Shown here: in pieces, positions 25,362 to 37,610 of the stretch
Layout of the letters: the number at the start of each line of letters is the position of its first letter
How positions within the stretch are numbered: the first letter of the stretch is position 1
NCBI RefSeq assembly: GCF_001194135.2
Contig: NC_068989.1
Span: forward strand, 1,665,647 to 1,729,646
Source: Octopus bimaculoides
Taxonomy: Eukaryota
Direction of reading: 5' to 3'
Length of the DNA: 64,000 bases
The notes under the pieces: model-generated
Database searches by the model: none
Told to the model about the DNA's origin: nothing
The model's input: the letters and a program-made list of their open reading frames with translations, nothing else
Position numbers and translations under genes: made by a program

Positions 25362-26604
25362 TAATCCCCGTCTCCCACCGTAAAGAATGAAAAAGTAAAT
25401 TTGCGCTTGGCTGAATTTGAACTCAAGGAGTATACAGTCGGAACTGGATACTGCAGAGAGATGAAGATGGTGATGATGATGACCACGACGACGACTACAA
25501 CGACTACGACGATGACTATGACGACGATAGAAGTAGTGTTGTAAATGTTGATGATGATGATGATGATGAGGAGGAGGAGGAGGAGGAGGAGGAGNNNNNN
25601 NNNNNNNNNNNNNNNNNNNNNNNNNNNNNNNNNNNNNNNNNNNNNNNNNNNNNNNNNNNNNNNNNNNNNNNNNNNNNNNNNNNNNNNNNNNNNNNNNNNN
25701 NNNNNNNNNNNNNNNNNNNNNNNNNNNNNNNNNNNNNNNNNNNNNNNNNNNNNNNNNNNNNNNNNNNNNNNNNNNNNNNNNNNNNNNNNNNNNNNNNNNN
25801 NNNNNNNNNNNNNNNNNNNNNNNNNNNNNNNNNNNNNNNNNNNNNNNNNNNNNNNNNNNNNNNNNNNNNNNNNNNNNNNNNNNNNNNNNNNNNNNNNNNN
25901 NNNNNNNNNNNNNNNNNNNNNNNNNNNNNNNNNNNNNNNNNNNNNNNNNNNNNNNNNNNNNNNNNNNNNNNNNNNNNNNNNNNNNNNNNNNNNNNNNNNN
26001 NNNNNNNNNNNNNNNNNNNNNNNNNNNNNNNNNNNNNNNNNNNNNNNNNNNNNNNNNNNNNNNNNNNNNNNNNNNNNNNNNNNNNNNNNNNNNNNNNNNN
26101 NNNNNNNNNNNNNNNNNNNNNNNNNNNNNNNNNNNNNNNNNNNNNNNNNNNNNNNNNNNNNNNNNNNNNNNNNNNNNNNNNNNNNNNNNNNNNNNNNNNN
26201 NNNNNNNNNNNNNNNNNNNNNNNNNNNNNNNNNNNNNNNNNNNNNNNNNNNNNNNNNNNNNNNNNNNNNNNNNNATATATATATATATATATATATAGGG
26301 AGAATTCACACACACAAACACATATACATACATATACATAGTTAAAAGCATACATACATACGCACATATATACATGCATGCACACAAACTACACACGTGT
26401 GTTTGTGTGTGTGTTTGTGTGTGTGTGCGTGTGTGTGTAATTTGTAAAGAACACTCAATACATTGTACCGAGTTGATATTTGTAGATAAACAGGTGATAA
26501 CTTTCCCCTTTTCAGTCAAGTACTTGGCCCAGATATCTCGCTGTTCCATCCTTCCATATTTGTGGATTTCTTCCTATATTACAACTCATTTCTAGATGGT
26601 TCGC

Positions 26605-26790
26605 TTCGAAAGCAGAAAGCTGCCCGAATTGTTGGAACACTGCGGCATTTATTGCAACTTTACGTTCTAAGTTCAAATTCCGCCGAGTTTGCCTTTCGTT
26701 GTTTCAGGGTCGATAAATTAAGTACCAGTCAAGTACTGGGTCGATGTCATCGACTATCCCCTTCCCGCAAATTTCAGGCCTTTCTCTTTA
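26605..26790 (+). mobile_element. SINE family C (tRNA-like head; normally ends AGAAAGG(ATT)n), 3' end clipped
   Basis: GTTCTAAGTTCAAATTCCGCCGAG...GGGTCGATAAATTAAGTACCAG...GGGTCGATGTCATCGACT...TTTCAGGCCTT. Confidence 0.85.
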
Positions 26791-26791
26791 T

Positions 26792-27200
26792 CACAGATCT
26801 TGTTGGAGCTTCTGGAGATTTGGATGCACATCAGCTTTGCTACCTGCAGCCTACAGCACCATGATATCCATTCTTTTCCGTTACCTAATGCTTTCCTGGT
26901 AATTCTGGCCGTGCCAAGGAGACAAACCTTCTCTCTAGCCCCCCCCCCCCATTTTTCGCACAGTTTCCAACGTAGCACTTTCGCTACCTGATCGTGTCCC
27001 AACAACTTGTAATGGTTTTGGACAAATCTAGGGCATACGTTCGTGATATAGAGCAATGGTTTCATCCACCTTATTGCAGATGCGGCACAACGGAAGCACT
27101 TTCTCATTCCTAAGGTTGACCTCCAGTTCGTGGCCAAAGCTTGATCTTTCGCTACCAGTATGGTGCTCTCAGTCTACCAGTATAGTGCTCCGCAGCGTAA
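26792..27200 (-). mobile_element. R4/Dong-like LINE 3' fragment, endonuclease deleted
   Basis: TESTILVAKDQALATNW...KCFRCAAS...ITNVCPRFVQNHYKLLGHDQVAKVLRWKLCEKWG is fused directly to EKVCLLGTARITRKAL. Confidence 0.82.
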
Positions 27201-28539
27201 GGTCTAACCGTGTTCGAATACATTCAAACGTACTAAACATAACTTTACTTTAAAAAATGCCGTTGTTTATCAGCAAGTTAAGTTTGAGTGAACAAACCTT
27301 TAGATACATGCATTCCAATCTCTCCCACTCCCTTTTTCATATGTCACAGTGTATCTAAGATTACATATTCCAGTGGGAGCATTGTAATCTTAGATATGCT
27401 ATGACAAAGAAGCTTGTCCCTTATATCCAGTAGCTCGATGAACATGATACTGGCTTATCTCAGCATCCACTCTTTATCGACGTAACAGTCGTTAACTGTC
27501 GTCTTAATTAACATCAAAAGCAACAAGTTAATAGGAAAACCTCCATATTGTAGCTCGACCTGCTAGGAATAGTAGTCAAATGTTTTAATGCAGTCCTGAA
27601 TTCACTGAACATAAAAAAGAAGATGGAATGGTCATTGATGGGACGCCTTTGATCATAGTTTTACTCAGTGTGACTTGAGTTTAAAAAACAACAGCTACAA
27701 TAAATAGAAGCGTGGTGTAGGACAACTAAATATCCTTATATTGTTATCGTAACAATATATACTGAATCTCCGTCTATTGTCATCGTAGACTCTTTTCTCC
27801 CACGGACAATCATGCAAGAAAGGATATCACGAACACCACCAAACCATTCACAGTTCTATGTTTAAATCAGACTTAAAATAACAATGGGTTGGTAACAGCG
27901 AGGAAGTCAGGGTTTATCCTCAAATCTTTAATAGGATCTAAATGGTGGTCTCAACGAAAGACCCCCACGAGTCAGATGACGGGGTGGGGTTTAAAGCAGG
28001 AGACAGGATAAATTTGGCACCCAGGGACAGGTCTGCTCCATTCGGTGAGTTTCTATCTTCTCAGTTTTACTCATAATGTTCGAATCTATTTGACGTTGTG
28101 CCACAGGACACTTGCTAAACGTGCCGCGCAGTGGGGGGACAATAGCATCGAGGGGGAGGTCTGCAATAGGTGACGCCCTTATGGAAGGGGCACTTACGGG
28201 TCTGCTGTATGAGCCTATATAGACTGTATTGGCCGCGGGGTAGAAGCGGCAAACTGAAGCGCAGCCCCAGTGTGACACTCACTAATTATTCAACTGAGTG
28301 GAGTTCGAACCGGGAATCAAATGACTGCCAAGGGAACTGCTAAGCACAACGCCACCCTACACCTCTACGTCACATCTCAACCCTATACGCACCCTCCCTC
28401 CTCCTCCTCCCCTCCAACCACGACCACGACCACCACCACCACTACTACTACTTTCTCATCTTCATTTATCTTTATCTCTCCCTAATTCCTCCACCCAGCA
28501 TCGCTGTATCCTACACTCAAAGCTTTGTATTATATAACA

Positions 28540-28593
<54 letters not shown>

Positions 28594-29320
28594 TGATGTG
28601 GAAGGGGCGTGTGTTGATGTCAGTGGGTCGGTGGGTGGATGGGTCGATGGCTGGCACTGTGAGATAAACTAGAATTAACCAATAAAAAAGGATAATTGCG
28701 CGACATCTGATATCTTCCATACTGCATTCATATCTGACTGGAAGTGTTGGGCTTTTATTTCAACAATTCAACATTGAACAGACAGTGATGTACGTTTGTT
28801 TAATGAGCGACGTGACAGAAAGACAAACAGACAGCCAGACTGACAGACAAAGAGGGAGAGAGAGGAGTGAGTGTGTGCTGATGTAAGAGTGAATTTGTTT
28901 TGGGGGGTAGGGGGGAGCGTGCGGTGTGTACGTGTGCTTTCGTTTTTGCTTGCGTATGCATATGCGAGCGAATAGAATTGTGAAAGACTTCCGTCCTTTT
29001 TGGTGTGAGTTTACGGTCGTTGAGAAACGTCCGTATAGTATTATGTCAGCGTTGTCTGTCAGGGACATGTTTCTGAGTCATTGCTCGTCTTCAGCCTGAA
29101 GTAGCAAAACCAGCTGGCTGAAGATGTCTGTCAACCCCTCGCAAATATATATATTTCTAGTGAAAACACATTCACTGATTACAAAAATTAGAAGAAATGA
29201 TGTAGTTATAAATCTCACAGAGAGAATTAAGTAGCAGTGTTACGATAAAGCAGTTGTATACTGTCAACTTAATGTGACAGTCCCAATAGATATAATATAA
29301 TATAAGATAAGATAAGATAT

Positions 29321-29820
29321 GTGAACGCCAAGACAGATACAGAAGACTGGTGACTATGGATTAGGAGGAGTGACCTGAAGATAGAGACAGAAGCACTCAT
29401 ATGCGCAGCTCAGGAACAAGCGTTAAGGGCCAATCGTATGAAGTGCAGAATAGACAACACTACCGATAGCGACAAATGCAAAATGTGTGGTGAGAGGGAT
29501 GAAACGGTATGGCACATCGTTAGCGAATGCCTGAAATTGGCACAACACGAATACAAACGACGGCATGACAATGTGGCATGAATGATCCATTGGGAGCTCT
29601 GTGGAAATCACGGCCTACAAAGAGCAAAGCCGTGGTTTGAGATTTGCAAAATCCTGTGAGATGCAATGATTCAGTGCGATCACCTGACCAGACATCGGAA
29701 ACCGGACATTGTTGTGGTGAATAAACAAGAAAGAACATATATGATAATCGACGTAGCATGCTCCGTTGACAACAAGATCAAAGAGAAAGAAGAATAAAGA
29801 ATAAACAACTATGAAGCGGG
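29321..29820 (+). mobile_element. R4/Dong-like LINE fragment (CCHC knuckle and PD..D endonuclease)
   Basis: DLKIETEALICAAQEQALRAN...DKCKMCGERDETVWHIVSECLKLAQHEYKRRHDNVA*MIHWELC...RKPDIVVVNKQERTYMIIDVACSVDNKIKEKEE; in-frame stops. Confidence 0.92.
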
Positions 29821-30926
29821 AAGTACGAAGGTTGCAATCAACTACTCTCGAACTAGAGGCGCATGCTCAGAGCAGGTCCTTTCACTCGGCCCATTCGCGC
29901 TAATAATTATAATCTCATAATACTCATATAACGAATTGGTTTCTTACAAGACCAACTCCGGCAGCCATTAGCGAACGAAATAGCATGGCGTGGATTCTTT
30001 GCCACTGGACGCCTGAGAGTGTCCATAAAGTAAACAGGATGCGATAGACTGAAAAATTTGAAGAGTGGTTGTGTTCGCTGTGTATTTGGTGGTGGTGGTG
30101 GTGGTATGACAGGATGGAAATAATGACAGTAATGGTGACTTGGGGAATTGTTTCTTGTTGTTGTTGCTGTTGTTGTTTTTGTAGGTGTTGTTTTAGCTGT
30201 AAGCCAGTCCTGAGGAAACAAACCCAATTGATCGAGCATGTTTGATTCTTGACGATCTTCTACGTTCTTATGACTACATTGAACACTGTGAACCTCGCTT
30301 TCTAGAACAGTGGAGTTTAATTCGAGGGATATTCGCCTGCTATTTCTGGTAGATCAAGCGACCGTATAGAGGCTCTTCCCGTTGGCTTCTAATGTGTCGT
30401 TTCTAGTAACGGGGGTGGTTTTGGGTAGTGGTGGCAGTGGCTTCAGGTGTTAATTTAGAAGTGATGATGGCTTTAGTTGGTTGGACTGGTGGTGGTGGTG
30501 GTGGGTTGAGGTAAGTGGAAGCGGTTGACGCATTAGCACCACACCCACCCTTCGTCTACACCCCCAGTCGATGTGAGAATTAGACGAAGATAAATAAACA
30601 AGAAGCTCTTATATCACCCGTGGGTCGTCCGGCCAAAGGGATTATATTTTCCCACGCGATTCCTCATTAAGAAACAAAAAAAAAAGCCAAAGACAGGGAG
30701 AGAGAGAGAGAGAGAGNNNNNNNNNNNNNNNNNNNNNNNNNNNNNNNNNNNNNNNNNNNNNNNNNNNNNNNNNNNNNNNNNNNNNNNNNNNNNNNNNNNN
30801 NNNNNNNNNNNNNNNNNNNNNNNNNNNNNNNNNNNNNNNNNNNNNNNNNNNNNNNNNNNNNNNNNNNNNNNNNNNNNNNNNNNNNNNNNNNNNNNNNNNN
30901 NNNNNNNNNNNNNNNNNNNNNNNNNN

Positions 30927-30968
<42 letters not shown>

Positions 30969-31997
30969 GTATATATATATATATATTCCCTACTGTCTTC
31001 CATAGTATATAAAAGTGAAAGCTTGATAGCCACATTCCTTCAATCTTAATATAGGCAGGGCTTAAGTCAACTCATGATCAAGGTGACCATTTTCTAAACA
31101 CGGTAAATCCGTGCAAACGTTCCGAGAGTCCAAGAATTACTCCGTGCATGAATTTATTTTGAGTGGTTCACATGTTAAGCCATAGCCGGGACCCCAATAG
31201 GGGCTTCGGCTCCGGGTCAGTTTAGACCCGGGAACAATAGCGAATAAGTGGTGGTTCCACATTCCTCAAAACTCCGGAGCTCCTGAATCAGAGCCCCAGC
31301 ACCGATTGCAGCTTAAAGTCACACACACACGTATGTATGTATGCATGTGTGTGCGTGTATGTACATACATATATATATATATATATANNNNNNNNNNNNN
31401 NNNNNNNNNNNNNNNNNNNNNNNNNNNNNNNNNNNNNNNNNNNNNNNNNNNNNNNNNNNNNNNNNNNNNNNNNNNNNNNNNNNNNNNNNNNNNNNNNNNN
31501 NNNNNNNNNNNNNNNNNNNNNNNNNNNNNNNNNNGTATATGTATGTATGCATGCATGTTTCACTGTGTATGCTTATATGTATCTCAGGATCAGACACATT
31601 CAACATTCAACAATTATCTTTGAGACAACAAAATGCCGTCATTTCTGTTCTCTCCTTCATAAGAAAAACACAAAGACTCTTTCTTCATTTCACGACGCAC
31701 TTTCTCTCTTCTCTTTCTTTTCCTCTTTTCGATACTTATAGCTTTCTACTCTCCCCCTTCCTCCCCCTTCCTCCCCCCCTCTCTCTCTCTCACTCTCTCC
31801 CCGTCACTCCCTCCTTAGCTATCCGTCTTTCACTATATTTTCTACTAAACATATATACACAATACAAATTCATAAATACAAACCTACACACACACTGACA
31901 CACATACACACACCCCGTTACATATATGTATATATGCATATGTACATACATGCATTTACACATACATACACACACACATTCATCACACGCACATTCA

Positions 31998-32044
<47 letters not shown>

Positions 32045-32714
32045 TATATACATCGAGACGTTTTTGTTGTGTTTTTTTTTATCACATTTTAAAGTTTTCC
32101 CCTGTTCTTTGTTGTTGTTCTTATCATGTTTCTCGGTCAAGAACACTTATGAATGAAGACATTTGTCAATGGATGTTCTCATTCTTAATGTATATTTGTT
32201 CAATATATATATGTTACGTTGAAGTGCGAATCGACACTAAAACCGTTTACAGCGATATACTAAGTCATATCAGTTTACACTCATCGTCTCCCGTCGACTC
32301 TATTGACCTTTCCTTTCTTTATTAACTCGTTACTGCTTTATTAATTCTTTAATACCAATTAATCATCTTTAAACGTAACATATAACCTTCTTATATTATA
32401 CTTTATCATAATTTTTTTTATTAAAATACGAGGTTTTACTCAATCTTAACGGCCAGTTTCTCGTTTTTTCTCATGTTACTCTTTCTCCAAATATCTTTGG
32501 AATTTTAAGGATAATTTTACTGGCCATGCAATCGATAAATCCATTAGAGATCTCGTCTTCTCCCAATATGAATGGTTCCAGAAGGTGTATTCTATGTATC
32601 TGCATTAAGTATAACTGTACAGTTCTTTCCAGTTTTGGACAAGTATTGGAAATAGCGTATTCTTCTAGATACTTCCATTGCTACATCTTGTGCAATTTCC
32701 AACTATTGACTGAC

Positions 32715-32890
32715 TAAAATAGCAGCATTTTCTCCGTCTTTACGTTCTGAGTTCAAATCCCGTCGAGGTCGACTTCACTTTCCATCTTTTTGGGATCGAT
32801 AAAATAAGTACCAGTTGTGTACTGGGGTATGTAATTGATTATCCCCTCCTCCAAATTCCAGGCCTTGTGCATATAGTAAAAAGGAGTATT
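32715..32890 (+). mobile_element. SINE family C with long (TTA)n tail
   Basis: TTTACGTTCTGAGTTCAAATCCCGTCGAGGTCGACTT...TAAGTACCAG...CCAGGCCTTGTGCATATAGTAAAAAGGAGTATT. Confidence 0.85.
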
Positions 32891-32940
32891 ATCATTATTA
32901 TTATTATTATTATTATTATCATTATTATTATTATTATTAC

Positions 32941-32990
<50 letters not shown>

Positions 32991-32996
32991 ATTATT

Positions 32997-33070
<74 letters not shown>

Positions 33071-33110
33071 CATTATTATCATGATCATCATGATCATCAT
33101 CATCATCATC

Positions 33111-33158
<48 letters not shown>
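32888..33158. repeat. (TTA)n array with TCA variants, about 270 bp
   Basis: Direct reading; lies between SINE C and a convergent LINE fragment. Confidence 0.97.
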
Positions 33159-33159
<1 letters not shown>

Positions 33160-33160
<1 letters not shown>

Positions 33161-33392
33161 GTGATGGGCTCCATGCATCGTTGGGGAGCTTTCTTGTCTT
33201 CCTGTTCATCTCCTTTAGCTTCTCCTCTGTCCACTTCAGGGTTCCAGCGCCATACTGAACTACTGCGACTGCGCGCAAGTTTATTGCCAAAATTATGTTT
33301 CTGGCCTTCAGCTTTGAAGTCAATATTTTTCTCACTCGCCGCAGGTCCTCGCTTTCTCTCTTTTCCTTCATGTCGTCGTGTTTGATTCTTCT
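33160..33392 (-). mobile_element. R4/Dong-like LINE internal fragment (end of RT)
   Basis: KEKRESEDLRRVRKILTSKLKARNIILAINLRAVAVVQYGAGTLKWTEEKLKEMNRKTRKL then MHGAHH. This is the EY.RRVRKIL.SKL...N...AIN..AV....YG.G...W....L..LDRKTRK motif. Confidence 0.9.
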
Positions 33393-33414
33393 TATTATTG
33401 TTATTATTCCTGAA

Positions 33415-33700
33415 AGCGGCGAGCTGCTGGCAGACTCGTTAGCACGCCGGACGAAATGCTTAGCGGTATTTCGCCCGTCGCCACGTTCTNNNNNNNNNNG
33501 CCGGACGAAATGCTTAGCGGTATTTCGCCCGTCGCCACGTTCTGAGTTCAAATTCTGCCGAGGTCAACTTTGCCTTTCATTCTTTTGGGCTCGATAAATG
33601 AAGTACCAGTGAAACACTGGGGTCGATGTATTCGACTAGTCGCCTTCCCCATAATTTCAGCCCCGTGCCTATAGAAGAAAGAATTAGTATCGTTATTATT
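33415..33700 (+). mobile_element. SINE family C, with a 44-bp false duplication across a 10-N gap
   Basis: GCGGCGAGCTGCTGGCAGACTCGTTAGCACGCCGGACGAAATGCTTAGCGG...GGGGTCGATGTATTCGACT...CCTATAGAAGAAAG. Confidence 0.9.
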
Positions 33701-33764
33701 AGTGTATCGACTATTCCCTTCCCCTGGACATGGCTGGTCTTGTACGTACATCAGAAACTTTTAA

Positions 33765-33806
33765 TAGCGTTGTAGTTGTTGTTGTTGTTGCTGCTGCTGC
33801 TGCTGC

Positions 33807-33837
<31 letters not shown>

Positions 33838-33925
33838 GATGATAATGGCGATGACGACGACGACGACGACGACGACGATGATGATGATGATGATGATGAT
33901 GATGAGGGTGATGATGATGACTTAT
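33765..33925. repeat. Compound (GTT)(GCT)(GAC)(GAT)n microsatellite
   Basis: Direct reading; source of the poly-V/A/D ORF. Confidence 0.95.
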
Positions 33926-34200
33926 TGTTGTAGCAAAAACTACCCAGCCAACCGTGATTACCCAACGTGGTTAATAGTTCTACCACACTTTACATCACCA
34001 AATTAACGAAGGAATTCCCGCCTGCCAAGCCAATGAGACGATTCCTTCTTAAACCATTTCTCACAACATTCCACTCTGTTTGATTAGAACCGATGCAGTC
34101 AAAATAATATTTTCTTTGTGTACCTTCCTGCTTACATATGTACATAGACATGTTGGTATATGTATGTATATAAAAATATGTATGTATGTATGTATGTATG

Positions 34201-34233
<33 letters not shown>

Positions 34234-34439
34234 TATATACATATATATACATAATATATATATACATATACATATATATATATANNNNNNNNNNNNNNNN
34301 NNNNNNNNNNNNNNNNNNNNNNNNNNNNNNNNNNNNNNNNNNNNNNNNNNNNNNNNNNNNNNNNNNNNNNNNNNNNATATATATATTTGTATGTGTAGGC
34401 GTGTATACACACACACACATATACATAATATATATATAC

Positions 34440-34471
<32 letters not shown>

Positions 34472-34928
34472 ATAATATATATATATACATATATATACAT
34501 AATATATATATACATATACATATATATATATACATAATACATATATGCATATATATATATACATAATACATATATACATATACACATTCATATATACATA
34601 TGGATACGGACTTATATACATATTTACATGAATATTCCCTCGCGTGTCCTTCTTTGTGTGTGTGTGTGTGTGTGTGTGTTTATATAGATATGTATTAGTA
34701 TATGTACATACGCACATCATATGTGTATGTATATGTGCGCGTAGTATCTATATGTATGTCTGTTTATATACCTACACACATAAAATTTTATCAAGAATTA
34801 ATTCGAAATAATTTTGAAACTACAAACTTTTTGAAGGGAAATATTCCAGGACTTTCTCAGGACGTCTCTCCGTCTACATTCCTTCTCTGCTTGCCGTTAA
34901 CGCTTTTAACTAACGTGTTAAACTAGAC

Positions 34929-35184
34929 CAGTGATTGTCAACCATTTTTTGCCTATGGACCCCTTTGATCCCTACTTTGTTCTACTGGGCCCCCATATTT
35001 AAAAAATTCTCTGATATTTTTATGATTAGATATTAATTAGGAATTGTATAAAAAAAAATTGTAAAACTGTTTTGTGTATTGTAGAAGCATAACCAATGTG
35101 TTGCTCATAAACTTTAACAATAAAATATTTTATGGAGCCCCAAGGATCACTTGGACCTCTAAGGACCCTGGCTGAGGAGCACCG
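34929..35184. mobile_element. hAT-type MITE, related to 22535-22798
   Basis: Left end CAGTGATTGTCAACC, degenerate right end GGCTGAGGAGCACCG (10/15 match). Perfect 8-bp TSD AACTAGAC at 34921-28 and 35185-92. Confidence 0.8.
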
Positions 35185-35479
35185 AACTAGACTATACTCG
35201 TATACAAATACTAAGGGCAGACAATCAACCATCTTCTGTGAATGGATGACCTACTTTGCGGATTATAAACAACTAAGGCACAGTAGAGGGGTTTACTAAA
35301 ATAATTGACAAGATATTCAGTTTTAAAAAATGAAATGCACCGAAGCAGAGGAAAACTAATAAGACCCCCTTATATTTGATACAGAAACCGAAATAAGACG
35401 ATTCGACTGAGTACATATATTCAATTGCTTAGGAATGAATAAACTTGGTAGAGTACAACTTAGATAACTTAGATATGTT

Positions 35480-35920
35480 TCGGCCAAAGGTTGGCTCAGG
35501 TCACATCAAACTTAACAGAATCACCTGAGAGGATCTGTTGAGTAATTTTCAAGTCAAGGTTTGTGGTACCATGGTCCATTCAAGTAGGAAGTTGTTGACT
35601 GAAAAGTATCAAGGTATAGGTGGCTCATCTCGTATCCCTTGAAGAAATTTGTCCGGATTTCGTTTGAAGGTGATGGGGTCTTTTTCTTCTTTTAATTGTT
35701 TTGGGATAATGTTAAATAGAGCAGGGCCTGTTGAGGAAATGATATTGTGTTGCAGTTAAATCATGTGTTGTGATCTTGAATTGTCTGGGGGACGTATAGC
35801 ACTTGGTCCCAGCCTTGGATGAATTCTGGTCATTTGGGCAATACTGGTGGTATATCCTCCACATTGTGCAAATAATGTAACCCTCAGTATATTACAGCTA
35901 AAAATAAGCAAAGGTATCAA
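35480..35920 (-). mobile_element. CR1/L2-type LINE 3' end, decayed
   Basis: Minus strand HPRLGPSAIRPP..SRSQHMI*LQHNIISSTGPALFNIIPKQLKEEKDPITFKRNPDKFLQGIRDEPPIP*YFSVNN. Confidence 0.8.
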
Positions 35921-36291
35921 TGCTGAAGCTTTTCCATAAATAACTAACAGTCACAATATACTCGACTGGAATAGTCTTGGCAATTCCTTGAATTACCAAG
36001 ACTAGACAGAAGAAGAAAAAAATAATGGCTGCTTATAGAATACCCTATCCGAAATCCGACACAGAGAGATTATATTTGTCTCGAATACAGGGTGGTAGAG
36101 GTTTTCTGCCACTAGAAAAATATGAAATATCTTCTGTAAGACTACAGATGTATCTGGTATCAAGAATAAAAAGGAAACCAACAGCAATGTCTGTATGTAT
36201 GTAAGTATATATGTTATATGTGTGTGTGTGTGTGTAAATATATATATATATATATGTATAAACATATATATATATACATACATGCACACAC

Positions 36292-36340
<49 letters not shown>

Positions 36341-36587
36341 TGTGAAAACATGCACATACGTATATATTGTTTTCAAGGAAGTCTGCAATAAAAAAAAAAC
36401 ACAAAGGCGGAGTTAAGAAGCAGTTGCAAGGAGAATGAGGAAACCACAAGAGAAATTCTTGAAGAGAACCTAATTCCTCAGCTGAAAATGGAATTACAGC
36501 AAGTCATGTAAGGACATTGGTAAGAAAAACCCTACATGTAAAATATCTGACATAAAAAAAAGCAAAATTATCGCAGTGTTATTGTTG

Positions 36588-36669
<82 letters not shown>

Positions 36670-36704
36670 GATGATGATGATGATGATGATAATGATGATG
36701 CTTA

Positions 36705-36930
36705 CTAATTATCTGGCAGAATCGTTAGCACGCTGGATGAAATGCTTAGCGGTATTTCACCACTCGCTACGTTCAGAGTTCAAATTCCACCGAGGTCGAC
36801 TTTACTTTTTCATCCTTCCGGGTTCGATAAGTTAAGTACCAGTGAAACACTGGGGTCAATGTAGTTGACTAGTCCCCTCCCCCAAAATTTCAAGGCTTTG
36901 TGTCTTCAGTAGAAAGGGTTATTATTATTT
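36705..36930 (+). mobile_element. SINE family C, near full length
   Basis: CTGGCAGAATCGTTAGCACGCTGGATGAAATGCTTAGCGG...GAGTTCAAATTCC...AGTAGAAAGGGTTATTATT. Confidence 0.9.
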
Positions 36931-37610
36931 TGTTGTTGTTTGATATATGTTAAATGGCGGCTATCGATGTATGTCGAATAACCTAACCCGATGAGGGTGG
37001 GGAGCCAAAGGAATGAGAAGGGAAGAGAAGTAGGAGAGCAGGAGAAGGCCATACAAGTTTGTGATATTCTTCAACTCGATGTATAATAAATGTCTGTTAG
37101 ATCCTAAATTGTTTCAACACCTCTGTTTTCTGTTGCTCACAATTGTGTGACGATAGGATTTATTTCAAGATATAAGCTCAGATTGCGCCAGACTAATGCA
37201 CTTTGCGCTAAATGGGGTCCCTATCAGGCCGCTTTTAGAAAGTACAGCAAGTATTAGCATTGAGGGTTGTCTGCATGACAAGGAGCATTCCATCAATAAG
37301 GCCGTTCGTATTGGCTTCCAGTTCCTATTGTTTTAATATTTTGATAAACTTTCTCAAGGACGTTGATTGTTGGCAAATCGGTTAATCGAAAAGTCTGGTG
37401 CCGTATAGTTGAAGGTTACCAAATCACCACATCAGTTTGTTTGCTTTGTTTTGGGTTTTTTTTTCTTTGTAAGGAAAATGAAATCATTTATCGGCCGTAA
37501 AAGTAGTGCAATGCTAAGCAGTAACGTTAACATACTGAATGAAATGCCTTACGTTATATAATCTGGTTCTTTACGGTGAGAAGTTGACCTGCCTTTCATT
37601 CTTCTATTAT

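Noticed and set aside
31175-31260. HDV-like ribozyme reading suggested by GCGAAT after a hairpin
   Set aside because: No upstream complement for the P2 3' strand and no P3/L3 element on either strand by manual fitting.
33446-33543. Perfect 44-bp tandem duplication inside a SINE
   Set aside because: The two copies straddle a 10-N gap, which is the typical unmerged contig-overlap artefact.
37190-37340. 56-codon open frame MHFALNGVPIRPLLESTASISIEGCLHDKEHSINKAVRIGFQF
   Set aside because: No splice signals or recognisable motif; within chance length.
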